Positions 11,481-22,529 of a stretch of 64,000 bases of DNA are shown piece after piece; position 1 is the stretch's first letter; each line of letters begins with the position of its first letter. Source of the stretch: an uncultured Methanosarcinaceae archaeon. Its GTDB lineage: Archaea; Halobacteriota; Methanosarcinia; Methanosarcinales; Methanosarcinaceae. A program made the translations under genes and the position numbers. The DNA lies in the NCBI GenBank assembly GCA_963727895.1, contig CAVSHT010000004.1:192001-256000 (forward strand). Reading direction: 5' to 3'. Below the pieces are notes generated by a model. That model saw only the letters and a program-made list of their open reading frames with translations. It was not told where the DNA came from and ran no database searches.

Positions 11481-11771
11481 TGAAAATTTGTTTGAAAAGG
11501 TGATCAGGGAACTTGATACTTGAACCTGTTAAACGCCCTTTTTTGTAAGTTTGAATTTCACACTGACGTGAAAAAAGTACTGTCAAGTCTACGGATGCGA
11601 AGGAATTATTCCAGATACTGCTGAGTCTATAAAATGTCTAACATCCATCAACTTGATAGAACCTCGAGCATTTCATCTTTACAATTACAAGTATAATAAA
11701 AGTCTTAAAATTAAAAGATCTCAATAAAAATTCAATTTTCTTTTTCAACATTCAAGGAACCTGCATAATAT

Positions 11772-12902
11772 ATGACAAACGTACTGACTCTAACACCAGG
11801 GACATTTCTTCAGAGTAGTTTTGATAAAGTCGGCAATGGCCGGAAATATGAAGAAGTAGAGCTTAAAACAACAGGAACGAAAAAAACATTTACGGCTGAA
11901 ACTCCTATTCAGCTGCATCCTGGCACGACCATAAGTGGAGATGAAAAAGCAATCATCCAGCTAATACCATATGCTTCGACTTGCCTCTGGAAGCCGCAGG
12001 TGCCAGTTTTCAGTTTTTCTGGCGAAAATTATCTGTTTGAAGGGTTCACGTTTGATGGGCTGGCTGATAAACAGAATGTGCTTCATGGGAAAGGTTACCA
12101 TAACCTATTTGGAGGAAACAAAGCTTCAAAAGTCAAAATCCAGAACGTGAAAATTCAAAATTCAATGGGTGATGGTGTAAGGATTCTGGACTCTAAAGAC
12201 GTAACCGTATCTGAAAACAAAATATACGGCATCGGGCATGACGGTTTCTATTGTGAAAGGTGTGTTGACGTAGAAGCTTCAGGAAATGAAATCTATACAA
12301 GGATCAATTCAGGTCTGCGCTCAAAAGGTTCCAGAAGTGTAATTTTCCGAAACAACACAATAAGGAGCACTGCAAAGTACAAACCTCGTACAGGTCCGGG
12401 TATTCAGGTTGAAAACTCCAGGGCAAACGAAACTACATCGAATGTTCAGATAATCAATAACATTATTGATGGGTGCCAGAGTCCAGGTATCTGGGCGGCT
12501 GGTCATACTGCACCTGCCTTAGATGCAGCAACCGGTCTTATAATTAAAGGAAATACCATTACAAACTGCGGACAAATGCCTGTATTTAAAGATAAAGAAA
12601 CTGCTGATAGGCTTTCAGCCGTTGCTGGAATATGCCTCGATGGATGGACAGAGGTAGATATTCAGGAAAATATCCTGGATGGAAACTGTAACGGCATCCG
12701 AATAGGAACCTACATAACTACTTCTGCAGGGTCTGGGTATGTTGTGCGCTTGAAAAACAATGAAATAAAGAATACTGTGGCTCCTTTCAATAAGGACGCA
12801 TACGCAGGGTATGCAATCGCTGTTACAGTGCCTGATAAATTCAATGTTATAAATGAAGGAAACATGTTCAGCGGAAACTTAAAAGATGTCTTTGGAATTT
12901 AA
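11772..12902 (+). CDS. Right-handed parallel beta-helix (pectin lyase-like) protein, no signal peptide
   Basis: Repeated GDG/HDG/xNNxI beta-helix motifs. Confidence 0.75.
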   Translation: MTNVLTLTPGTFLQSSFDKVGNGRKYEEVELKTTGTKKTFTAETPIQLHPGTTISGDEKAIIQLIPYASTCLWKPQVPVFSFSGENYLFEGFTFDGLADKQNVLHGKGYHNLFGGNKASKVKIQNVKIQNSMGDGVRILDSKDVTVSENKIYGIGHDGFYCERCVDVEASGNEIYTRINSGLRSKGSRSVIFRNNTIRSTAKYKPRTGPGIQVENSRANETTSNVQIINNIIDGCQSPGIWAAGHTAPALDAATGLIIKGNTITNCGQMPVFKDKETADRLSAVAGICLDGWTEVDIQENILDGNCNGIRIGTYITTSAGSGYVVRLKNNEIKNTVAPFNKDAYAGYAIAVTVPDKFNVINEGNMFSGNLKDVFGI

Positions 12903-12999
12903 TTAAAAACAGGTTTTGGGGACGGGCACATTAAAACAATAAAGTAAATTAAAACAATAAAAATGAAAATATCCATAATAAAATGATACCTGTCTAGAT

Positions 13000-13170
13000 C
13001 TAGTAGATAATAATGAAAATTCTGATACCTTTGTCATTGACAGTACAAGCCTCATTTCTAAGCTTCCTGTATATTCCACAGTAGCGCTTGTCACAAGCTT
13101 TTGTACATGTATATGAATTGTTTTGATATCCAGAACATTTTAAAGCGTATTCACATTTAATATCAAACAT
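13000..13170 (-). CDS. Small Cys-rich protein (56 aa), below the ORF-track cutoff
   Basis: GGGGATAGGT RBS, then MFDIKCEYALKCSGYQNNSYTCTKACDKRYCGIYRKL... Confidence 0.55.
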   Translation of the reverse strand: MFDIKCEYALKCSGYQNNSYTCTKACDKRYCGIYRKLRNEACTVNDKGIRIFIIIY

Positions 13171-13432
13171 ATACCTATCCCCTTTTAAATTTCAATGTCC
13201 CCATCTCATTTTCAAGCCTACTCCAAAGATAAAAATTACTTTTCTAATGCTCAAATATTAAAAAAGAAAACAGCACAACTGGCTAATGTAAACACTTAAA
13301 CATCAGCCAGTTAAGATTTATTTAAGTTATACTCAACTTTTAACTACACAGTTATACGTTTTTATTGCTAGTACCATAGTTAGGGGTGTAAATGCTTAAA
13401 CATCAGCCACTTAGGATCAATATTTCTCTGCT

Positions 13433-13840
13433 TTAGCGGTAGTATTTATGATAATTGTTGTAAAAATTGTTATAACCTCTGTACCAGCCGTTATATTTTG
13501 AATACCAGCTGTTATATTTTGCAAACCACATTATATACATTATGTACCAGTTGTCATAAGATTTGTCGTGTTTCTTGTGGCCCCATTCATTCTTTTGTCT
13601 GTCCCAATTATTCCTTTGACGATCCCAATCGTTCTTTTGGCGGCCCCATTCATTCTTTTGTCTGTCCCAATCATTTTTTTGGCGGGACCAATTGTTTTTG
13701 TCTCCAATATTCTTTCCGTTGTCTTTACTGTTGTCTTTCCTATACGTGTTATTCGGAGCTGCGCTTACTGACGCAACTGTTACTGACAGTACAAAACAGA
13801 CTGCCAGGAGAATTCCCAATATCTTTTTGATTTTCACCAT
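13433..13840 (-). CDS. Secreted protein with Trp-containing heptad repeats and Tyr/Asn-rich tail
   Basis: GAGGT RBS, signal peptide ending ASVSA, about six (N-D/E-W-D/G-R-Q-K) units encoded by a 21-bp repeat. Confidence 0.8.
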   Translation of the reverse strand: MVKIKKILGILLAVCFVLSVTVASVSAAPNNTYRKDNSKDNGKNIGDKNNWSRQKNDWDRQKNEWGRQKNDWDRQRNNWDRQKNEWGHKKHDKSYDNWYIMYIMWFAKYNSWYSKYNGWYRGYNNFYNNYHKYYR

Positions 13841-14875
13841 ATACCTCACTCCAAATATCTGCTGTTCAGATAGCCTTACTTTATTTTCTTGATTACTTCG
13901 CTGACTCGTCTCAGCTTGACAATCCTAACATGAACTCGATAAAATATAAGCATACGTATAAATAAAAATATATAAAAGTAAAATTATTATTTAAATATAG
14001 CTTTTAAACGATTTATAATAAAAAATAATAGTTTTTGAGAGTTCAATATATAATTTAACATTTAAAAATGACCAATTATTAAATTAAAGGTTTTAAAACT
14101 ATTATTTTATTATGGTTATTTACATAATAAATCTATAACCTTCTTGCCTGCTCTCTAATAGCTTTTAATTCACTTTTCTACAAGAATTGTTCTATATTCA
14201 GAAACAATAGTAGGATATGGACAAAGGCAGTTGTTAATGGGCTTGAGTTTTTAGTACTGAAAAGTACAGTAAATGAAATAAAAGCACAAGAGAAAGTACA
14301 AAAAAGTAAAATTGGAGTACAAATGAAAATTACGAAAACTCAAAGTGCAGGCATTAGAATAGAAAACACATATTTGAGACAGTGTAAAGAGAACTTGCAA
14401 AGTCTCATGAAGATAAGAATACAATTCAAAGTCATTATGATAATTATATGCAATAAATGCAGACTTTAATTCCGCAGAAAGCAATTGAGATCTAGAAAAA
14501 AGAAAAGCCTTCCTGGAAATTTTGAGAATCTCTATAAGGAATATTATTCAAAAACTGCAATAAGAAAAAGATTATTTAAATTGCAGGAAACTCGCTCCCA
14601 CAAGATCCTGCAATTCAGTGTCGACTTATATGTTCAAGTTTTAACGATGTTCTTAATTTTTAGTATTTTTCGGTTTTATATTGACTTAATTCACTGTAAT
14701 CTTGACTCTATATAAAAACTACCAAATTCACTAACAGTAGATTGAAATAGGCAAATCTATCCAATAAGTGATAATACTTTTTGAATTCTTATTAACTTTG
14801 ATTTTTGACTGAATATTAAGGATTTTTACAAAGCCGAAAAAAGGACAATAATTTAGTTTACATTTATAGATATTT

Positions 14876-17541
14876 TCAATGAGCTATTGAAATCCCTGAG
14901 ATTACAAAACCAATTAAGGAAATTACTGCTGAGTATCTTTGTAATAACGTATCTAATTTTGATTGTTTTAGTTCATCCAATCTCCGAGAATATTCCTCAT
15001 AGATCTCATTATTATCATTGGAAAGCTCATGTATTAAGATTTTTATTTCATCCAAGCGCTCTAGAATAGTATTGTTGGTATTGCTAACTAAACATAGTTA
15101 ACTCTTTATTTCTGTATTTCATCAATATAATAACCGAGTACTTTAGCATTTCAAGACTCTTCGTATAATACTTTGTCTTTCTTCTCAATCTTGCCAAAAA
15201 GTGCTTCAATATGCTGTTATATCCTTCAACAGTATACGTTTCTGCTTTTGATTGAGTATGGATCTTTTCTGGAAGAAACTCTGCATATGTTCTCCAGTAA
15301 TCTGTCATCACTTCTCCAATCTCTTTTTTCTTCAATTTTTCCCAGAGTAGTTTTCCAGTTTCTGTTCCTCTGTTACCAAAAGGATCCATCAATATTTTTT
15401 TGTTACAGATGTAAGTATGCATCTCATCCATTTCAACAATAGATATCTCATTTTCACTTTTTAGGTCCTCTCACTCTTGACCAAATTTCTTTATCCATTT
15501 TTGGACAGAAACATGACTCACCCCTAAAACTCTTCCTATTGAACGAAAGCCCAATCCTTCAAGGTAAAGTTGTAAAGCCTATCTTTTTACAGAAGCGGAA
15601 AAAGCAGTTGATTTTAGCTCTACTGTATAGTTATAGCCACAATCAGAGCATTTGTACCGTTGACGCCCGCCAACTATACCGTTCTTTTTGTGACTGGAAC
15701 TATTGCATTTGGGGCAGTTAATGAAGAAATATACTTTCTAATAGTATATAACTATGTTTAAGTATCAATGCCGTATTGTTTAAACCATTTAGCTTCTCAG
15801 CCTGAATGGAATCAAATTTTTCGTTAGAGAGTGTACTTAGACTTTCTGTCTCACTCAGTTTTTCCAATTCCTCTTTCATGATTTAGAGATCTGATATAAC
15901 ATCAGCTGAGTTCAGTTTGATTTTGGAAATATCAAAGCTTATGCAATTCAACTTATCTTTAACGCAAATAATTTCATCGAAGATGCGATCAAACTTTTGA
16001 AGTTTTTCATCTAATTTTTGATCCAACTCTTGCTCTGAAATTACTTTCATCATGGGAATCTGCCCAATCACAAAAAGTAAGGCATCATATTGTTTTGCCA
16101 GATTTCTTTCTTGTTTCATTGCCTCAATCTTGTTTAGAATATATCTATTTTCAGGAAGATCTGCTACTTTCATTTTTAATAAATAGGCAACGTCCTCTAT
16201 TTTTTGTGTCATCTCTTCCTGACTGCCAATTTCCCATTTTTGGACTTCCTTACAGACAGCATGTGCAGCTTTTTCGACTTCAGTTCCTATTGATTCCTTG
16301 TAAGTAGCTCTTGCTTTTTCCTGAATCTTTTCAATAAGCTCTTTTAGATTTCTATCCAAAAGAGGTAGTCCTTTTCTCAGAAATTCTGTCGCAAACGGTG
16401 CTTTTTCGTCAGTGTCTTTCATTAGTTCTGCAGCATGATCACAGTATTTCCTATAGAAATTGAGCTCACCTTTCATCGACTGTAAGTCTAAATTTTCCAA
16501 ATTCTGGACTTCTTTTAATGCTTCTGCGAGGTTTTCAACAGCTTCAAAAAGCTGTTTTTTACCCTCTGAGCCTTCAATTGCAGCTTTAGCTTCTTCCAGA
16601 TATTTGTTCACTTCTTCTTTAGCTTCCTGTTTTTTGAAAATTATTGTATGGAATGAGCGATAAAAAGGAAGACAAAATTGAGCAGGATTATCGTAAGGTG
16701 CTTCCTTTACTGCAATTTCAAAATATCCAATTGCCTTTTCCAATTCCTTTTTGTAATCTTCATCTGTTTCTGCCTGGGAAGCCATGAATATTGAAATTCT
16801 TCCAAGAGAATGATTTGAGAAGGATCTCACAGACCTGTCTTCATCATTAGTCAGTCTAATTAATTCGTTCCATGCCTGTTGTTTATCTGGCACTTGAGAA
16901 TAAGCAGAACCAAGAATTAAAGCAGCATTACGCCTCACATAGCTGTATTCATCATTGGTCAACCTATGTAAATCATTCCATGCCTGTTGTTTATCTGGAA
17001 AGTAGGAATACGCAGAACCAAGAGCAAAGGCAGCACTAGACCTCATATAAATATTTTCATTACTGGTTAATCTAATTAAATCATTCCATGCCTGTTGTTT
17101 ATTAGGCACTTGAGAAAAAGCAAAACCAAGGGTAGAGACAGCAATAGACCTAACATCACTGTCTTCATCATTAGTTAGTCTATGTAAGTCATTCCATACC
17201 TGTTGTTTATCTGGCACTTGAGAATAAGCAAATTCGAGAGCTCTGGCAGCTTTATAACTCACATAATTGTTTTCATCATTAGTCAGTCCATATAAATCAT
17301 TCTATGCTTGTTGTTTATCTGGCACTTGAGAATAAGCAAATTCGAGAGCTCTGGCAGCAATAGACCTAACATCACTGTCTTCATCATTAGTCAGTCTATG
17401 TAAGTCGTTCCATGCCTGTTGCTTGTTTGGCATGGATGAAAAAAAATCCTTTAATTCCACTAATGCATACATACGATCTTGTGGATCCTCGCTTAGACAT
17501 TGGTTGTGAATTTCTCTTGGTCGACCAACTGCCAACACCAT
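14876..17541 (-). pseudogene. HEAT-repeat protein disrupted by two nonsense codons and an IS1 insertion
   Basis: 39-aa PDKQQAWNDL.RLT.DE repeats. TAG at 17302 (Trp position) and TAA at 15883. The frame continues across IS copy B (..GLNN/TILERLDE..) to TGA at 14876. Confidence 0.85.
15077..15772 (-). mobile_element. IS1-family copy B, internally deleted, 8-bp TSD GTATTGTT
   Basis: Both IRs present. TSD at 15069-15076 and 15773-15780. Start ATG changed to ATT, TGA in insA, ~45-bp deletion after the slippery site. Confidence 0.92.
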
Positions 17542-17675
17542 GAATATAATAAAAGGTAATGGTTAAAAATTTTCCTTTTTGGTTTTCAAGAGTAGAGAAT
17601 AAAGTTCATGTAAAATCTACATATTCTGAAGACATAATTTTAAGAAAACCAAAAATTAGTGAACTACTGATTAAT

Positions 17676-18305
17676 CTACATTTCATCCAAATATCTCTGC
17701 AGCTTATCCGCAAGTTTGCCAATATGAATACCGTCAACAAATGCATGATGAACCTGGACTGCAAACGGCATCATAAATTTGCCTTCTCTTTCATGATATT
17801 TTCCCCAATCAAATATGGGTTGCGCTTTTTCCCTGTTTCCGAAATCCGTGTGCGAAATATGCGTAAACGTTATCCACGGCAAGGCAGAGAATTGATATAC
17901 ATAGTTTTCTACAGGTCCTTTAAAATGTTCTTTTTGATTTTCTGTCGTTACGGTTGCTAGTTGTACAAACTTCTCAATCGTATCCTTCATGGGAACATTT
18001 ACTACCTTAAATAATTCGGTTTCTTTATCCAGATATGTAAATGACGTATCAATGGACTCATATAACACAACTTCACCATCAAGAAAACGATACCGAAACT
18101 CTTCGATTTCATTTGCGCATTTCGTAACGGCAAATATAAATGCCATTGTAAATGACCAGTTATTTTCTTTAACGTGCTTTTTAAAATTCGTTACATCAAG
18201 TTCAAAACTCACACAATATTGAGGCTATACTGCATTCCTGTATATTTGACAATAATCTTTTCTTTTCCAGGTTTCAAAATCCACTGTTTTGTATCTGTTT
18301 CCCAC
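17676..18305 (-). CDS. Chloramphenicol acetyltransferase (CatA-like) family O-acetyltransferase with in-frame TAG at codon 27
   Basis: VDFETWKRKD N-terminus, SALPWITF, QVHHAFVDGIH catalytic motif. GTG start at 18305 after AAGGTG; TAG at 18225-18227. Confidence 0.8.
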
Positions 18306-18507
18306 GTTTACACCTTTGTTCAACAAAATATATATTACAATATAACGCCATTGATACAGTATCCCTGAACTCAGGTTATGGAATAAAAAGACCTAGAACA
18401 CGGCAAGTCCGATGAACATCCTAAAAATGATAAAATGAATTAAAAAAGTTGCAGCTAGAAGAATAAAATTCTGAATTGAAATTCTAAATTGAATTATCAA
18501 TATGGCT

Positions 18508-19386
18508 TTAAACTTCCAGTCCTTCTTTTTTAAGGAAATAGTCAATCAGCTTTCTCGCAATGCTTATTTTTCCAGGCAAATCAGGCAGATTTTCAACCGA
18601 AAACCACTGAGCATCTTCGATTTCAAATCCATCGGGCTGAATGTCCCCTGAATGATATTCCGCAGTAAACCCGATCATAAGAGAATTTGGAAACGGCCAG
18701 GCCTGTGTCCCGAAATAATTGATATTTCTGACTTTAATTCCAACTTCTTCCCTGATTTCCCTGACGACTGCAGCTTCGGCTGATTCCCCTGGTTCAATGA
18801 AACCGGCTATCAAACCGTACCTTCCTATCGGAAAATTCGGTGACCTTGCAAGTAAAACTTCATGTCCTTTTCGGATAAGTACGATCACAGCAGGTGAAAT
18901 TCTCGGAAAGAAAAGCTCTCCACATTCAGGACACTCTTTTCCCCTTTCTCCTGGTTTTTGCAGGGTTTTTGTCCCGCAGCGACTGCAAAACTGGTTTGTT
19001 CTGTCCCATTCCATAATCTGGACTGCTTTATTTACAAGCGCAAAGCAATTTTCACTAATTTCCGAATACGCTTGCCTGAGATCTACAAACTCCATTCCTT
19101 CAGGCGACTGTGCGTCTTCAGGAAGCTCTACGGAATAGCAATGAGTTCCTTCAAGCGTTCCAAGATACTGTTCCCTTATTCCCGAAAGCCCAAGCTCCCC
19201 AAAATCTAGCAGTTTTGGAATTGCTCCAGGGTTTTTATTAAGCTTGAGGAGAACTTCACGGCCCCGGAAAATAAACCAGAAAACTTTTTCTGTCCTTTCA
19301 GCCGGCGGTTCAATGCCTATGATAAATTCTGGGAAGAATTCCGAACAAATGGGATTTTCCCTGTTTACTGGAGTCATAATGTTCAT
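18508..19386 (-). CDS. nudC: NAD(H) diphosphatase
   Basis: Zn ribbon FCSRCG...CPECG, Nudix box AGFIEPGESAEAAVVREIREEVG, TQAWPFPNSLM. Confidence 0.93.
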   Translation of the reverse strand: MNIMTPVNRENPICSEFFPEFIIGIEPPAERTEKVFWFIFRGREVLLKLNKNPGAIPKLLDFGELGLSGIREQYLGTLEGTHCYSVELPEDAQSPEGMEFVDLRQAYSEISENCFALVNKAVQIMEWDRTNQFCSRCGTKTLQKPGERGKECPECGELFFPRISPAVIVLIRKGHEVLLARSPNFPIGRYGLIAGFIEPGESAEAAVVREIREEVGIKVRNINYFGTQAWPFPNSLMIGFTAEYHSGDIQPDGFEIEDAQWFSVENLPDLPGKISIARKLIDYFLKKEGLEV

Positions 19387-19415
19387 ACTTATTGTTTTTG
19401 TTCTATATATGATTA

Positions 19416-19524
19416 CAGGAACATTTTATTTCAGGAACATTTTATTTCAGGAACATTTTATTTCAGGAATATTTTATTTCAGGAACATTTTATTTCAGGA
19501 ACATTTTATTTCAGGAACATTTTT
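19416..19524. repeat. 16-bp tandem repeat CAGGAACATTTTATTT, about 6.8 units
   Basis: Units start at 19416, 19432, 19448, 19464, 19480, 19496, 19512. Confidence 0.95.
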
Positions 19525-19664
19525 AAAAAAGAAAACGTCTGTAAGTCAAAGTAAATTAAAAAAAGCTTCATTTTCTAAAAAATATCTAATGAAAAATGAA
19601 ACAGGAGTATGCTTGAAAGCAAACCCTATTTCTAATATTTACCTGTGATCTCTTCAGTTAATAT

Positions 19665-22346
19665 TTACCTGTGAGTTCTCCATTCCAGATACTTCACAAA
19701 CTCCATAGCTATAAGCGTGGTTGAAGCCAGCGGAATTACCATAGCCCAATCGAAAAGCGATAATGGAACAGTCCTGAAAGCCATTTGCATAATCGGAATA
19801 TAGATTGCGGCCAGCTGCAGGATTACTGTACTCAGTACAGCATAGATAAGGGCTTTATTGGTAAAAATTCCCAGGGAGATTACTGAATATCTTTCTGAAC
19901 GCCAGTTAAAAGCGTTGAACATCAAGGAAATAACTACCAGAGTAAAGATTAGAGTCTGAATCTTTGGAAGAGGCACTCCTTTATTAAGAGAATCATAAAG
20001 GACCCAGAGAGATTGGATCGCAATCAAAGTTCCTAATCCAAGGCTCACTACAATTATTCTCTTGGAAACTAATCCTTCTTTTGCTTTATTTGGCTTCTGT
20101 TTCATAAGCCCTCTGTCAGGAGCTTCAAGGGAGAGTGCCATTGGAGGCAGACCATCTGTTATAAGGTTAATCCATAGGATCTGGACTGTAATAACAGGCA
20201 GAGTCTGCCATGCAAGCACTCCGACAAGCACGATGATAACCAGGCCGATATGACAGGTAAGACCGTAAGCAATGAAATTTTTTATATTTTTCAGGATATT
20301 CCGGCCTTCTTCTACTGCTGACACGATGGACGCAAAATTGTCGTCGGTCAGAATCATACTTGAGGCTTCTTTACTGACATCTGTGCCTGTAATACCCATT
20401 GCAATGCCCATATCTGCGGCTTTCAGAGCAGGAGCATCGTTTACCCCGTCTCCGGTCATTGCGACTATGTATCCTTTTTTCTTGAGAGCTTCAACTACTC
20501 TCAGCTTATGTTCGGGATAAACCCTTGCATAGACAGAAACTTTCTCCACGATATCGTCAAATTCTCTATCGCTAAGAGTTTCTAATTCGGTTCCTGTAAG
20601 AACAAGATCTCCTTCCCGGAAAATTCCAAGTTCCCTTGCAATTGCAAAAGCCGTAGTCTTGTGGTCGCCGGTAATCATTATAGTCCTGATTCCTGCACTG
20701 GTACAGGTGGCAATTCCAACTTTGACTTCTTCTCTTGGGGGATCGCGCATACCCATAAGCCCTGCAAAAACCATTTCTTTTTCAGCTTCTTCTGGGGAAA
20801 TAGCTTCTGAAACCTTGCGGTAGGCAAATCCCATAACCCGAAGTGTCTGATTTGCCAGATCGTGTAGGACATTGAGGATTTCCTGCTTTTTATCAGGAGT
20901 TAACTCTTCTTCACGCCCTTCATGGAAAATTTTCGTGCAGGAAGCAAGGATAACCTCAGGAGCACCCTTGGAATATGCATAAAGTCCATCTTCTGAACTG
21001 TTTAAGGTAGTCATCATCTTCCTTTCGGAAGAGAAAGGAACTTCTCTTTTACGTTCATGTTTTTCCTCAAGAGCAGTTTTCCAGAGACCTTCTTTAGCTG
21101 CTGCGACTACAAGAGCGCCTTCTGTAGGGTCGCCTGTGATATCCCACGCATCTTCTTTCTCAACTAATCCGGCATCATTACAAAGAGCTCCTGTAACCAG
21201 TAGTTTGTGAAGGTGTATATCTTCAGAAACAGGAATGTCTCCATTGAAAAAATCTCCTGTGGGTTTGTATCCTTCACCTGTAACTTTTAAGAGAGTTCCA
21301 TTTACGTACACCTTTTCAACAGTCATTTTGTTCTGAGTAAGTGTTCCAGTTTTATCAGTACAAATGATGTTGGTGGAGCCGAGTGTTTCTACAGATGGCA
21401 GTTTTCTTACAAGGGCATGCCTTTTCACCATTCTTCGAACGCCAAGAGCAAGTCCGACTGTCACAACTGCAGGAAGAGCTTCCGGAATTGCAGCAACAGC
21501 AAGGGCAACTCCCCAGAGAAACATTTCAAAAGGATCAAAACCTTCTATGATTCCGAGTATAGCTACAAAAGCCACAACTATAAGGGTTGCAGTCCCTAGC
21601 CAGCGCCCGAACTGGTCAAGTTTTTCCTGAAGAGGGGTTCTTTCTCGTTCAATATTTTCAAGAAGCCCAGCCAGCTTCCCGAAAGCCGTATTCATGCCTG
21701 TTGTAGTAATAACGGCTTTTCCCCTTCCGTAAGTGACTGAAGTGCCGGTATAAACCATATTTTTCCTGTCCGGCTGTGGGGTTTCAGTAGGAAAAGTATT
21801 GGTACTTTTTTCTACAGGAACAGATTCTCCGGTAAGAGAGGATTCATCTATTTTTAGGGAAAGAGCCTCAAGAAGCCTTGAATCTGCAGGAATTCTGTCT
21901 CCTGCTTGCAAAAGCAAAATATCGCCAGGGACAAGAAGTGAAGAAAGAACTTTTCCTTCTTTTCCATCCCTTATAATCAACGCTTCGGGACTTGTCAATG
22001 ATTTCAATAGTTTGATTGACTCTTCGGCCCTGTATTCCTGAACAAAACCGAGCACGCCGGCAAGGACTACAGTAAATAGGATCACAAAAGCGTCAACAAG
22101 CTCTCCGAGGAAAGCGGAAACCATTGCTGCAACAATTAAAATTATTATCAAAAAACTCTTGAACTGGGAAAGAAAAAGTTTTACAACCGAAGTTTTTTCT
22201 TCTTCTTTAAGTTCGTTTTTTCCGTATTTTTCAAGCCGTTTTTCCGCTTCTTTCGAACTCAGCCCGCTTTCTTCGGACGTGTTCAGGGTCTTTATAACCG
22301 CATCTGCGGCTTCGTCATAATACATCCAGTTTTTATCTCCAGTCAA
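19665..22346 (-). CDS. Ca2+-transporting P-type ATPase (type IIA)
   Basis: TGES, IPEALP, DKTGTLT, KGAPE, TGDGVNDAPAL, WINLITDG. Confidence 0.93.
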   Translation of the reverse strand: MTGDKNWMYYDEAADAVIKTLNTSEESGLSSKEAEKRLEKYGKNELKEEEKTSVVKLFLSQFKSFLIIILIVAAMVSAFLGELVDAFVILFTVVLAGVLGFVQEYRAEESIKLLKSLTSPEALIIRDGKEGKVLSSLLVPGDILLLQAGDRIPADSRLLEALSLKIDESSLTGESVPVEKSTNTFPTETPQPDRKNMVYTGTSVTYGRGKAVITTTGMNTAFGKLAGLLENIERERTPLQEKLDQFGRWLGTATLIVVAFVAILGIIEGFDPFEMFLWGVALAVAAIPEALPAVVTVGLALGVRRMVKRHALVRKLPSVETLGSTNIICTDKTGTLTQNKMTVEKVYVNGTLLKVTGEGYKPTGDFFNGDIPVSEDIHLHKLLVTGALCNDAGLVEKEDAWDITGDPTEGALVVAAAKEGLWKTALEEKHERKREVPFSSERKMMTTLNSSEDGLYAYSKGAPEVILASCTKIFHEGREEELTPDKKQEILNVLHDLANQTLRVMGFAYRKVSEAISPEEAEKEMVFAGLMGMRDPPREEVKVGIATCTSAGIRTIMITGDHKTTAFAIARELGIFREGDLVLTGTELETLSDREFDDIVEKVSVYARVYPEHKLRVVEALKKKGYIVAMTGDGVNDAPALKAADMGIAMGITGTDVSKEASSMILTDDNFASIVSAVEEGRNILKNIKNFIAYGLTCHIGLVIIVLVGVLAWQTLPVITVQILWINLITDGLPPMALSLEAPDRGLMKQKPNKAKEGLVSKRIIVVSLGLGTLIAIQSLWVLYDSLNKGVPLPKIQTLIFTLVVISLMFNAFNWRSERYSVISLGIFTNKALIYAVLSTVILQLAAIYIPIMQMAFRTVPLSLFDWAMVIPLASTTLIAMEFVKYLEWRTHR

Positions 22347-22529
22347 TCAGACAAGCACTTTGAGTTTAAAAACGTCCATAACTTGCCAGTTTTAAATATA
22401 ATATTTGAGGTGGTAATTAATATTGATAGAATATAGAACTTGGGATATACAAAAATTAATAATGATCGGGTTCTGTTGCAAAATCCATAAAAAAGATGCA
22501 GTTGAATTTCTGTTTTAAGCTTTAATTTT

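Noticed and set aside
11560..11590. Possible IS end (CAGTAC on the minus strand)
   Set aside because: No partner repeat or transposase; too short to support.
13579..13699. 21-bp repeats as a non-coding array
   Set aside because: Fully explained as in-frame coding repeats of the secreted protein.
14205..14715. Short ORFs or gene remnant in AT-rich DNA
   Set aside because: No recognisable motif, RBS or consistent reading frame.
17302..17304. Pyrrolysine readthrough in the HEAT-repeat gene (also TAG at 58258 in the long IS)
   Set aside because: Both loci carry other inactivating lesions (TAA, IS insertion, frameshifts), so readthrough would not restore them.
19416..19524. Possible CRISPR array
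   Set aside because: Repeats are contiguous 16-mers with no spacers, and there are no cas genes.
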